Positions 40,198 to 49,569 of a stretch of DNA of 64,000 bases are shown piece after piece (within the stretch, counting starts at the first letter, position 1; each line of letters starts with the position of its first letter). The position numbers were made by a program, and so were the translations under genes. Location of the stretch: assembly GCA_965222225.1 (NCBI GenBank), contig CBDCTK010000002.1, positions 2,208,001-2,272,000 of the forward strand. The letters are read 5' to 3'. The notes beneath the pieces are model-generated. The model was given only the letters and a program-made list of their open reading frames with translations, did not search any database and was not told the origin of the DNA. This stretch comes from Candidatus Poribacteria bacterium (GTDB taxonomy: Bacteria; Poribacteria; WGA-4E; JAJDTR01).

Positions 40198-40890
40198 CTA
40201 GTGTGTTTCAGCAGGCGGTGGCGTATTTTGCTTTCTTCGCGCTAAACTCTCCCAAATTTCGTCACTCTCGACATAGCGTTTCAACTTGGCTTTGGGTTCG
40301 TCGAAAATTGGAGTGCCATGCCCGAAACAGATGAAATTAAATGCGTAGTTCAATAGTTGAGAGATGGAATTCCGCGCCATCTTCAAATCCCCAATATATT
40401 CGGGTGCATAGATTCCCAGATCTCCGTCAACGATGCCCGCGTCCTGCCTGCCGCCGGAAAGCATGTCACCGATGATTAGTCCGCCTCCAACCTCTCGAAC
40501 CAGCAAAACCGTCTCGGGAAAATAGACATCCGAAACGTAAATTGGGTCGATAAAATCCCACAATCGTCCACCGTGGACAAACGTCCCATCAAGAGATGTT
40601 TCGTACCTGTCGAGTTCAATTTCATTCGCCCAAATTTCACATCCCCAGCGCTGCCTGAAGACTTCGGATTCGCGCAGGTGAAATTCGCACGTCAGAAGGA
40701 TGTGTGTGGGAGTCCGAATCTGCTCAATCTCTTGGGCGTCACTTGAAGATATCGGCAGTGGATCGACTGTCACTGCCACATCTTCATCGGGAACATTTAT
40801 CAGATAGCTGTTCCATGGGTACGGCTCATTTCTCGCCGCTCCGTGAATCTCCGACCAGCCGTAGATATGGGAAGAAATCTGTCGTAGCAT
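40198..40890 (-). CDS. Metallo-beta-lactamase-fold protein (non-canonical motif)
   Basis: VDP, HILLTCEFHLRES, LIIGD, CFGHG. Confidence 0.7.
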   Translation of the reverse strand: MLRQISSHIYGWSEIHGAARNEPYPWNSYLINVPDEDVAVTVDPLPISSSDAQEIEQIRTPTHILLTCEFHLRESEVFRQRWGCEIWANEIELDRYETSLDGTFVHGGRLWDFIDPIYVSDVYFPETVLLVREVGGGLIIGDMLSGGRQDAGIVDGDLGIYAPEYIGDLKMARNSISQLLNYAFNFICFGHGTPIFDEPKAKLKRYVESDEIWESLARRKQNTPPPAETH

Positions 40891-40981
40891 TTAGAATCAG
40901 CGTGAGAACGCCTCTATCTGGGGATGTATTATAGTCATTGCAACTAAGAATTACACATATAGGATTTGCGCTGTTCGGCTT

Positions 40982-41151
40982 GTAGTAGCACAATTTGTTG
41001 CGCGTCTTCTGTAGGAGCGATCAAGCGAACACTCAACTGAGTGGATAATGACCGCGATTAGGAGAGCGATCCCATAGAGATCGCTCTCCTAATCGCGAGC
41101 TCCTTCTGTTGCGACAAAATCCCTGAATCGCGAGCTGGAGCTCGCTCCTAC
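40982..41151. repeat. REP cluster (inverted REP pair) with a cassette containing a perfect 19-bp palindrome
   Basis: GTAGTAGCACAATT 40982; GTAGGAGC 41011 ... GCTCCTAC 41151; arms 41053-41071 and 41079-41097. Confidence 0.85.
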
Positions 41152-41196
41152 AACCCGTTTTGTATGGTGCGCACCAAGACGAAGCCCTGCCCTCCG

Positions 41197-44100
41197 CTAG
41201 CTGCCGACCACAATCTCAATCTCCTCATCAGTCAAGCCGTAGAGTTGATAGACAATCTGATCAATAAGCGTGCCGGTATGCTCAATGCGGGTGAGCAAAG
41301 GATTGAGTTTGACGAGGCTGGAATTGAATTCGCGCTCCAACGATTCTTGGAAATTTCGGCTTGATAGATCGACTCGGATGAGCCGATGGTTTTTCTTCAG
41401 GATACCAAGCAGTTGGTCAGAGGACAGATTGAAGTAACTCTGAATTGCTGTCTTGTTCTGAAGCTTATCAATCTTGACCTCTAGTTCCCGTTCCAACCAG
41501 CGGTGAAAGTCCCGAATTTCCTCACCTTTCGCTTTGTTCATCTCAAGCATCTGCTCCGCAAGGAAAGCGAGCAGGTCGTGGACGATGTCGGCACGTTCGG
41601 GATTGGCGGCGAGATGGTGTTTTACGAAACCGAGAACACAGTCAGTGCTACCTTTGTTGAGGCAGAATTCGTAGAGCGTTTTGGCTTTTTCGAGTTGGCG
41701 GTCGCGTTCGTCGGGAGGGGTGGTGAAGTTAATGCGGCGGATGGGCAAGTATTTCAAATACTCACGATATTCGATGTATCCTCCCCGAATGGCAATAGCT
41801 TCAAACAGTAGCTTATAGTACCAATCAAGGCATCTCGAATTCAGCAGTGATGTCACATAGAGAAGTGTAAGGTTGAAATGCTCGTTAGGAATGAGTGCGT
41901 ATATTGTATTCAGAGGGTAGAAGTAACTTTCATTCAGTCCTAGATCCGGAACAGCTGTCAGTGACGGTGCAATCCGCTTGATGAGGATTTTCTCGGTTTC
42001 CAAGACCTCAAGTGATTTAGCATTATATAGCTCGTTAGGTAGGTAATGAAGCCATTCACCTTCCCAAGCGATAGTGTATTGTTCAATATTTTCTCCATCT
42101 AGCATCTTTCGACAGGCCATTTTGACATATTCAGGCGCTGAAGCATAATGCCCTTCATCCAGCACTAGTGCCAGCCTTTTTGCTTGGCTACCAATACGGA
42201 TACACTGCTCTATGTCAAACATATCGTTTAAACTGGATGACAATTCGTCAAACCTCTTAATCAAATGATATAACCCATCTGAAAGACGCAGACAAAACAC
42301 GTTTTCGGGTGTTAGGTTGAACCTTGACTGAGGTATTCGGGCAGTGATTACCAGTTCACTGTTCCTATCGCTGATTAACTCCGGTGCATCTGGTGGAACT
42401 CGCACAACGAGGATTTTGTGTTCTGCGGAAGGCGTCCCTTTTTTTATTATCGGAAGACACGGGTAAGTTGTGGGATCCGGAAACACACGACATTGAGAAA
42501 CATCCACAAACTGTTCGATCTGTGTTTGCCCTAACAAGAAATCCCGAAGTGTTTTGCCATTAGCATAAATTGCAAATTTAATCGGTTGGATAAAACCGAA
42601 CATTCCACTCTTTCGCAGCAAACAAAGTGCTTGCTCGGCAAAAGTGATGTAAAGATCAAAACGCCCAGTTGCTGTGGTGAACTGCCTCAACAGGTAATTA
42701 CGAAAGTCAGGCTCAATATTGGTAACACTCACATAAGGCGGATTCCCTACAACCGCATCAAACCCCGGATTATCCTTCTCCCGTCCGTACTTGTCACGAA
42801 ACACTTCGGGAAACTCAATCTCCCAATGGAAGAACCGTCTCTCTGTCGCTATCTCCTGTGCCTGTCGATAGCAGAGCAGGTTCTCAAGGGTGTCGGTGTC
42901 TTTGGAGCGGAGTGCGTTCAAAGCTTGATGATAGACGGCGCGGGACACATCGTTTCCGAAGTAAACGCTCGTCCAGAGATTCGCCACCCCCTTGTGAAAG
43001 CGGAGCATCGTCTGGGCAATGTCCAATTCGTGTTCTTTCGCGTGGATCTGGTCTGCGGTGCGGCTCTCCGTTTCCTCAATCAGCAGGTAGTGTCCGATGG
43101 CAATGGCAACGGTGTCGATGAAAGGGAAGGTCATCGCAAATTCCGTCTGGGTTTCGCTGGTTCTACGGCGGCTCTTCTTCAGTTGCGGCAGGTGCGACAG
43201 GTTCTCTATCTTCGCCCCGATTAGCGAATTGCCGTAACGGATGTGATGGTCGAGGAACGAGAGCGGTTCGCCCTTCGCTACCGTGTGCAACCAGAGTGAG
43301 AGTTTCGCCAACTCCACCGCCATCGGGTTGAGGTCAACGCCGTAAACGCACGACTCCACAACGCGCCGGCGCCAATAGGCGAGTTCCGTCTCCTCGCTCG
43401 CGGTTTCGGTCATGAACGGCGCATCCGGGTTCGTAATTAGTTCCTCGGCGAGATAATCGACGACGCCGACGAGAAAGTGACCACTACCCGTGGCGGGGTC
43501 GAGAACTTTGAGCGATAAAATCTCTTTAACGCTTTTGTCCTTACAGAGCGGCGCCAGCGAGTTTTCGACGATGTAGCGCACGATGTAATCGGGCGTGTAG
43601 TAGCTCCCCGTCGCCTTCCGCTCGCCTTTGTCGGTCAGCAGATAAACCTCTCCCTCCCGATAGGCGACTTTCTGATTGGAGGATGATTTTGGCGTGACCA
43701 CTTCACGTCTCTTTTTTGAAGCGATGACCAAATCTTGGTCGGCAATTTGAGGTTGATATTCAAGCAAGCCCTCGTAGATATTCCCCAGATGACGTACGTC
43801 AAGGTCACGGTACGTGATACGTTTACTCTCCTCGGTACGCGTCAGGAGTTCGATAACCTGCGCCAGAGCATCGTTGCCAAGTTCGTACTTTTCAAGAAAC
43901 GGGTGATGCTCCGGATTGAAAAGCCCTCCGTTGTACTGCGGGATGAGGTCGTTCCAACCATCGTTAATGAGCGTAAATAGACCGCGTAGCCGCGCCCAAT
44001 AATCGCTTATCGTCGGAATAATCAGGTTGCCTCGATCAAGCGTTTCGTGAGTCGTCTCCGCGAGCGCTGCAAGGCTGTAGCGGGCGGCGTAGTCAGGGTT

Positions 44101-45021
44101 TTCGACCGGCAGCAGCCCTCGACTCTCGGCGTAGAGGATAAACAGGAGGCGGTACAACAGAATCAGAGAGTTGGCATGAATCTCGTCGAGCGGTGAATTG
44201 GCTCTGTCAAAACCGTTGCGGGGGAAATCGAGAAAACCGCCGATGAGCAAGCGTAAGGCATCGTAGACACGATTCTTCAGGTCATCGGAAACGGCGATGG
44301 TGTGTTGCCGACTCTCCGTCAATACGAGGTCAAGGAACGATGTCCCGCTCGCATCGGGGGTGAAAGCGTCGCGCCGAAAGAGACAGTAGAAATAGCGAAA
44401 GCTATCCAAGTCTCGGTTTTCGCTGAGAAGCGCGGCGAGGTCTACCTCATAGAAACTGTCAAGCCTATAACTAGTCTGACGATGGTAAAGCCGCCACTGC
44501 CTGCCGTTGGTCAAGACGCCCCACAGTTTATCCGCGCTCCGGAGATAGAAGTCTATCTGGTAGTTTGGATTTTGGTTGTTGAACGGGTCGCCTCGGCCCT
44601 CCGCCTTCCGATCCAGATTGCGAGACCACGCCTTGGCGTCGCCGACAGCGAGGGCGGTATTGAAGAACCGGTTGGTGTTGATGTGAGGCTGCGCCGCCTC
44701 GTGTGCATCCTCCGAGCCGAAGAAGGCATAATCGGGGCGTTTGGCTCCCTGCGGCGTTTGGAGAGTCGGTTGCACCTCGAAAACATGCCCTAACTGTTCT
44801 AGCACCGGCTGGATGAGTTCGTGTTCAATTTGTGCCTCATTGCGGCTCGGCGCATTCGGGGCGACAGCGTCGAAAACGTCCTTGATTTCGGCGTAATCCG
44901 ATTTAATGTCGGGTGTATCTAACCACTGCGGCTGTTCAACGATGAGGGAGTCGAGGTAGTAGTCCGAAAAGAGCGAGTGATTTTTAAAGGCGTCGGGTAT
45001 TTTTTTGGGGTTGATAGACAT
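41197..45021 (-). CDS. Type IIG (Eco57I-like) restriction-modification enzyme, nuclease-m6A MTase-TRD fusion
   Basis: RPDY...VGDAK nuclease, LTNG..WRLY, YNGGLF, GSYYTP, motif I LDPATGSGHF, motif IV GNPPY, TaqI-like TRD. Confidence 0.92.
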   Translation of the reverse strand: MSINPKKIPDAFKNHSLFSDYYLDSLIVEQPQWLDTPDIKSDYAEIKDVFDAVAPNAPSRNEAQIEHELIQPVLEQLGHVFEVQPTLQTPQGAKRPDYAFFGSEDAHEAAQPHINTNRFFNTALAVGDAKAWSRNLDRKAEGRGDPFNNQNPNYQIDFYLRSADKLWGVLTNGRQWRLYHRQTSYRLDSFYEVDLAALLSENRDLDSFRYFYCLFRRDAFTPDASGTSFLDLVLTESRQHTIAVSDDLKNRVYDALRLLIGGFLDFPRNGFDRANSPLDEIHANSLILLYRLLFILYAESRGLLPVENPDYAARYSLAALAETTHETLDRGNLIIPTISDYWARLRGLFTLINDGWNDLIPQYNGGLFNPEHHPFLEKYELGNDALAQVIELLTRTEESKRITYRDLDVRHLGNIYEGLLEYQPQIADQDLVIASKKRREVVTPKSSSNQKVAYREGEVYLLTDKGERKATGSYYTPDYIVRYIVENSLAPLCKDKSVKEILSLKVLDPATGSGHFLVGVVDYLAEELITNPDAPFMTETASEETELAYWRRRVVESCVYGVDLNPMAVELAKLSLWLHTVAKGEPLSFLDHHIRYGNSLIGAKIENLSHLPQLKKSRRRTSETQTEFAMTFPFIDTVAIAIGHYLLIEETESRTADQIHAKEHELDIAQTMLRFHKGVANLWTSVYFGNDVSRAVYHQALNALRSKDTDTLENLLCYRQAQEIATERRFFHWEIEFPEVFRDKYGREKDNPGFDAVVGNPPYVSVTNIEPDFRNYLLRQFTTATGRFDLYITFAEQALCLLRKSGMFGFIQPIKFAIYANGKTLRDFLLGQTQIEQFVDVSQCRVFPDPTTYPCLPIIKKGTPSAEHKILVVRVPPDAPELISDRNSELVITARIPQSRFNLTPENVFCLRLSDGLYHLIKRFDELSSSLNDMFDIEQCIRIGSQAKRLALVLDEGHYASAPEYVKMACRKMLDGENIEQYTIAWEGEWLHYLPNELYNAKSLEVLETEKILIKRIAPSLTAVPDLGLNESYFYPLNTIYALIPNEHFNLTLLYVTSLLNSRCLDWYYKLLFEAIAIRGGYIEYREYLKYLPIRRINFTTPPDERDRQLEKAKTLYEFCLNKGSTDCVLGFVKHHLAANPERADIVHDLLAFLAEQMLEMNKAKGEEIRDFHRWLERELEVKIDKLQNKTAIQSYFNLSSDQLLGILKKNHRLIRVDLSSRNFQESLEREFNSSLVKLNPLLTRIEHTGTLIDQIVYQLYGLTDEEIEIVVGS

Positions 45022-45174
45022 TGATGTAGCCGGTCTTTGCTATAGACTCTTCGCCTTAGACGGACAGCAGTTGTTTGGTTCGTGATAACAATCCGCGATC
45101 GTCAAATCACCGAGAAGTTCTCCACCACGAAACCTTGGGGGTTCAATCGCGTAAGCCCTAACGCAGATTCTGGG

Positions 45175-45360
45175 TTAGTCCTTGTCGTTAAACCGGCTAA
45201 AGACAGCGATCAAAGGGAAACCCGCACAGATTATCAGTGCCCCGAGGGATACCACGCTTGCGTTCGCGCTGAGTAGACCTGATGCGATACCGAGGAGAAA
45301 AGCGGAAATAACGATAGTAATAGTGATATTCCAACGCATCTTGAACGTCTCCCATAGCAT
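45175..45360 (-). CDS. Small two-TM membrane protein
   Basis: 61 aa, two hydrophobic segments. Confidence 0.45.
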   Translation of the reverse strand: MLWETFKMRWNITITIVISAFLLGIASGLLSANASVVSLGALIICAGFPLIAVFSRFNDKD

Positions 45361-45565
45361 ATCAATGTAGTATTTGTAGGAGTGAGAAAGTTAACGCTCA
45401 ACCGCGTTGCATCGTTTCATTTCCCATGGTTCAACTCTCTTGTTTGGGCTACGAGGCGTGGATTAGGATGCACCTTATCCGGTTTGTCGGAAATAGATCG
45501 CCCGTATTGACCCGCAGGGGCTTTAATAAGGAAAGAAACTCAGTTTCGGTGCGAGACGATATAGG

Positions 45566-45594
45566 TTGAATTTCGGCGGTGAAGGTGTTATAGT
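45566..45594 (+). promoter_or_regulatory. sigma70-type promoter, extended -10
   Basis: TTGAAT-N17-TATAGT with TG. Confidence 0.5.
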
Positions 45595-45630
45595 GTATTT
45601 ACCCTTGAGCCGAAAGGGGAAACTGGGACG

Positions 45631-45972
45631 ATGGAAGAATGGGTGAAAATTATCGCCCCCATGGTCGCGCCGCTAGTCGCGATTGCCGCACTCTGGTGGA
45701 AAATCACAACCTCGGTAGCAACAAAGGAGGATGTGAACAGGATTGCTGAGTACCTCCAAAAGCAGATAAATCAGTCGGTTGAATTAACGCTTGATTTGAC
45801 TCGAGATATTAGAGAGAACATGCGGCAGATGCGGTCTGAGATGAAGACGTTTCGTGCGGACATTAGCAAGCTCAATGATAAAATCGATACTAATTCCCAA
45901 ACCTTGCATACCAAAATAGACAGCCTAGCGAACGAGTTGCGCACGGAAATTAGAGAGTGGACGCGGTGTTGA
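45631..45972 (+). CDS. Membrane-anchored coiled-coil protein
   Basis: N-terminal TM, ATKEDV motif, heptad-rich tail. Confidence 0.7.
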   Translation: MEEWVKIIAPMVAPLVAIAALWWKITTSVATKEDVNRIAEYLQKQINQSVELTLDLTRDIRENMRQMRSEMKTFRADISKLNDKIDTNSQTLHTKIDSLANELRTEIREWTRC

Positions 45973-46000
45973 TAGTTGAATGGGCGCTTTATGCTACGGG

Positions 46001-46128
46001 TCGCGATTCGGAGAAGATTCCTATCGATCAAAGAAGCGGATAGATCAACTGACCGGATAGGGAGGGCGATAGAGATCCCAATGCGATAGAAAATCCTACT
46101 CGCTATTCGCTCGCTTGATCGCTCCTAC
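46001..46128. repeat. REP split by a cassette that itself contains an inverted cassette
   Basis: TCGCGATTCGGAGA...GCTCCTAC REP halves; outer cassette on minus 46015-46120; inner cassette on plus 46026-46096. Confidence 0.8.
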
Positions 46129-46169
46129 GGAGAGGGTATTCCAAATTCAGATTATTGGAGGATGCGTCA

Positions 46170-47006
46170 ATGCCGAAAGTATTGACTGAAGACGCCATCG
46201 GACAATACCATCGGGAGGGTTACTTCTTCCCAGTCAGAATCTTGGACGATGAGCAGGTTGCAGCCAATCGGAGGCGACTAGAGGAATTTGAATCGCGTCA
46301 GGGAAAACCCGTTGAGGGCGCGCAGCGGAGCAAATCTCATCTCCTATTCAAATGGGTTGATGACCTGATGCGGGACTCAACGTTGCTGGATGCCGTCGAA
46401 GACTTGATTGGTAGGGATATCCTGTGCTGGAACACGATATTCTGGATTAAGGAGGCGGGAAGTCAAAGTTTCGTCTCTTGGCATCAGGACCTGCACTACT
46501 GGGGGCTTGATACCAACGACTTGGTCAGCGTATGGTTAGCGCTTTCGCCGGCGACGCTTGAGAGCGGATGTATGCGCGTTTTGCCGGACAGTCACAAGGG
46601 GGATTTGCTGCCTCACAACGACGAATACCAGCAGGACAACCTCTTGACCCGCGGGCAGGAAATTGCGGTGAAGGTTGATGAGACGAAGACTGTCGCTATG
46701 CCGCTAGAACCCGGCGAGATTTCCTTGCACAATGTGCGCTTGGCACACGCCTCCGGTCCCAACTGTTCCAACGACCGTCGCATCGGTATTTCATTGCACT
46801 ACATGCCCACCCACACGAAACAGACGGTTGGAGAATGGGATACGGCGGCGCTCGTCCGCGGCGAGGATCGATTCGGTCACTTCACCATTACGCCGCGTCC
46901 AGCCAAGGACTTCGATCCCTCAGCGGTGTTGTTTCACGAGAAGGCGACCAACGCCACTCGCAAGATTTTGTATAAAGACGCCCAAGAGGATCGGCACACG
47001 ATATAA
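46170..47006 (+). CDS. PhyH-family dioxygenase
   Basis: SWHQD, ESGCMRVLPDSH, AHASGPN.S.DRR; GGAGG RBS. Confidence 0.92.
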   Translation: MPKVLTEDAIGQYHREGYFFPVRILDDEQVAANRRRLEEFESRQGKPVEGAQRSKSHLLFKWVDDLMRDSTLLDAVEDLIGRDILCWNTIFWIKEAGSQSFVSWHQDLHYWGLDTNDLVSVWLALSPATLESGCMRVLPDSHKGDLLPHNDEYQQDNLLTRGQEIAVKVDETKTVAMPLEPGEISLHNVRLAHASGPNCSNDRRIGISLHYMPTHTKQTVGEWDTAALVRGEDRFGHFTITPRPAKDFDPSAVLFHEKATNATRKILYKDAQEDRHTI

Positions 47007-47079
47007 CCGAGCCGCAGGTTGTTGGCAGACAATACGCCACAGTTCGGAAACCGCTAGTGCTTCGTGGTAGTAGCTTGGA

Positions 47080-47172
47080 GTTTGGTTTCGCTGGGATCTC
47101 TATTGCACTAACGCTTCTATCGCATTCGCTACTCGCTCATTTGATTCTATTCAGTCGTTCAACCCAACCTAC
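47080..47172 (-). repeat. GTAGGTTGGGTTGA-type REP with cassette
   Basis: Reverse complement GTAGGTTGGGTTGAAC[GACTGAATAG-AATCAAATGAGCGAGTAG-CGAATGCGATAGAAGCG-TTAGTGCAATAGAGATCCC]AGCGAAACCAAAC. Confidence 0.8.
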
Positions 47173-47203
47173 AGGTTAAAATCAGGAACGGCTAGAATTT
47201 ACC

Positions 47204-48430
47204 TCATCCATTCCAACTTTGGATAAAGTCCTCTACCTCAAATCCCCCTGGCATCTCCGTCAATTGATACCTCATCACTCTTTCCCTTCTATCGACGACG
47301 CACCGCTCAATCTCAGCTTCTATTTTCTCAAACAGGATTGAAAAACGCTCCCGGAGCTGATTCGCTTCCTCCTCGGAAAAACGCTGAGCAAAATCCTTAA
47401 TCGCGTGGAAACCGATCCGGTGCTCCCCTGTCGCAACAATCTGTTCCTCCAGTGAAAGATTGACGTTCTCCCGAGACTTCAACGTGCGCAGCTTGTCAAC
47501 CCACTTCGATAGGAACACGACGCACACCATCCGCCCTTCATCCCCCGGATGCAACGTTTCTAGTCCATTCATGAAAGCCGCTCTATCCCCCTTCAGGACG
47601 GCGCGAAGGGTAGACTCCACCACATCGCACTGTTCTTGGTACAACCGAGTGAACTCTCCAAACCGGTCGCGTATTCTTCGCGGGAGAGAATTGGTGAATT
47701 CCAATTCCCAGCCATGTGCATTAACAACCGGGAATACCGGACCGCCCAGAGCGCGATAGCCGAGATGAACCGTGCGCCGCAACTTCGTACTGTAGTTGCT
47801 GCCCCAGTGCAACATGAAGTGGGTATAGACAATCCCATCCCCCGCTTTAAGCTCGATTGGCGTGCCTCCCGGCATCGGCTGCTGCGGGTTCGTTAGCAGG
47901 TGTTGGTGTTCCTCCTCGGTATTTGGGCGGGAGTGGCTCCCTGGAACCACCCAGAATACACTGTCATCGTACAGCGGGATATTCCACTGAACATAACCGG
48001 GCGCGTTAGCCAGCATATCCATTTGCATACCGTTCAAGGGTGCTTGCGCAACGGGATTAACATCACGATGCCAACTGGCAGGCCCATGGTCTCGCGGGGG
48101 ACTGCACATCAGCGCCATCAATGTGACTGCGGCGTCTGACGAACGCATCAGTTGTTGGCTCACGCCTAGTGTGTTCTCATGCAGGCAAAACTCCACCGTG
48201 TCCGCGGTCTTTTCGTTAACGACCTCGTTGAAAAATACCCTCGGTTGGGCGGCAGTTTCCCAAGTCCCGCCCGGCGGGTCGTCCGGTTCGCGCTCACGCC
48301 GCCACACCGCCTTCTGTCGATCGACGAGGACTTCAAAACTCGTCCGGAGCGCATCCAATTGATCTGGCGGGATGACCTGCGGCAGTATGATGAAACCGTC
48401 ATCCAATAATTGCTGTGGGTTGACTTTCAT
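47204..48430 (-). CDS. PhyH-family dioxygenase with C-terminal helical extension
   Basis: LDDGFIIL, WHRD, WVVPGSH, LHWGSNYS..LRR. Confidence 0.88.
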   Translation of the reverse strand: MKVNPQQLLDDGFIILPQVIPPDQLDALRTSFEVLVDRQKAVWRREREPDDPPGGTWETAAQPRVFFNEVVNEKTADTVEFCLHENTLGVSQQLMRSSDAAVTLMALMCSPPRDHGPASWHRDVNPVAQAPLNGMQMDMLANAPGYVQWNIPLYDDSVFWVVPGSHSRPNTEEEHQHLLTNPQQPMPGGTPIELKAGDGIVYTHFMLHWGSNYSTKLRRTVHLGYRALGGPVFPVVNAHGWELEFTNSLPRRIRDRFGEFTRLYQEQCDVVESTLRAVLKGDRAAFMNGLETLHPGDEGRMVCVVFLSKWVDKLRTLKSRENVNLSLEEQIVATGEHRIGFHAIKDFAQRFSEEEANQLRERFSILFEKIEAEIERCVVDRRERVMRYQLTEMPGGFEVEDFIQSWNG

Positions 48431-48573
48431 AGTTGTAAACCTTGAAGAGGTCTTCGGTGTTTGTGCTGCCAATTTGTACCATTTCGCTTGAATACTATTG
48501 CCTACGATGTTTATCAATTATACTGTTATGAGATGACCGATACTAACCATTAACCCGTACGCCAAACCCGTTG

Positions 48574-48650
48574 GCGGGGCATCTTGCCCCGCATTAGTAA
48601 GACTTGATTAACGCTAATAATGCACTTCAAATATAGAGAAATGGCATTAC
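48574..48650 (+). repeat. Cassette-free copy of the 33.5-kb repeat
   Basis: Intact hairpin GCGGGGCATCTTGCCCCGC followed by the same AT-rich tail as 33541-33600. Confidence 0.85.
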
Positions 48651-48693
48651 TTCCGATTCGATGCTCTGAACGTAACCTGAGGAAACGTCTCGC

Positions 48694-49536
48694 TCATGAC
48701 AGTCCCCAGATGTTTGCTGCTGTGCCCCCCAATATCAAATCTCGATCAGCACCCGTCAAGAACGGCAAGCCTTCTCGGATGAGCCTGAGTTCTTCACTCA
48801 ATGGGAGCCAATTGTGCTTGATGCGGTGATGACCGGGATACCCGGTGCCCCAGATTGCCCGTTCCGCGCCAAAAACGTTGAGTAGAGCCTTGATAAACGG
48901 ATGCACATCTTCAAACGGAAACGTCTCGCTAGATCGCCCCGCTATGTCCGATATCTTCACATATACATTCTCGTGCCGGGCGAGGGCTAGAATTGGCTCA
49001 AATGCCGACAAACCGCCTGATACCTCCGGATAGCCCATATGGTCGAGAATCAGTTTCAGGCGGGGATATTGTCGAGCAATGCACTCCACCTGATCGGCGT
49101 AGGCGGCATCAAGATGGAATTGAATCACCGCCTCACAGACAGCAAGCTCCTCCCACATGGCGCGATTCTGATCTGTGAGGAGAATCTTCTCGTCGGGATA
49201 GTAGAGCGGGTGGAACCGGAACCCGGCAAGGTTACGCTCATTAACCCAGTACCGGACGAGCTCGGCATTGTCCGCAGCCTGCGGATCAATCAGTCCATGC
49301 CCAACGAACCGGTCCGGTAAACGTGAGACAGAATCCGCAATGTAGCCGTTGTCCCATGTGGACCAGCTAGTCTGCACCAACACACACCAATCGACGCCAT
49401 GCGCATCCATTTCGGCTAGGAGTTCATCAGCGGTGCCCGGCTCGTCCGGATTTGAATTCCAGGTGGGCGCCGTCGGTCCGATTGGATATTTGGGCGGGTC
49501 AATCTCCCAGACGTGGACGTGCGTGTCAACAATCAT
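48694..49536 (-). CDS. Amidohydrolase family protein (L-fuconolactonase-like)
   Basis: VDTHVHVW, LDHMG, NVYVKIS, WGTGYP. Confidence 0.88.
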   Translation of the reverse strand: MIVDTHVHVWEIDPPKYPIGPTAPTWNSNPDEPGTADELLAEMDAHGVDWCVLVQTSWSTWDNGYIADSVSRLPDRFVGHGLIDPQAADNAELVRYWVNERNLAGFRFHPLYYPDEKILLTDQNRAMWEELAVCEAVIQFHLDAAYADQVECIARQYPRLKLILDHMGYPEVSGGLSAFEPILALARHENVYVKISDIAGRSSETFPFEDVHPFIKALLNVFGAERAIWGTGYPGHHRIKHNWLPLSEELRLIREGLPFLTGADRDLILGGTAANIWGLS

Positions 49537-49569
49537 AAGCGATTTTCAAAGTCAAGGATGTGCGAAGGA

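Noticed and set aside
42586-43224. 212-aa plus-strand ORF inside the RM gene
   Set aside because: Antisense shadow; no independent evidence.
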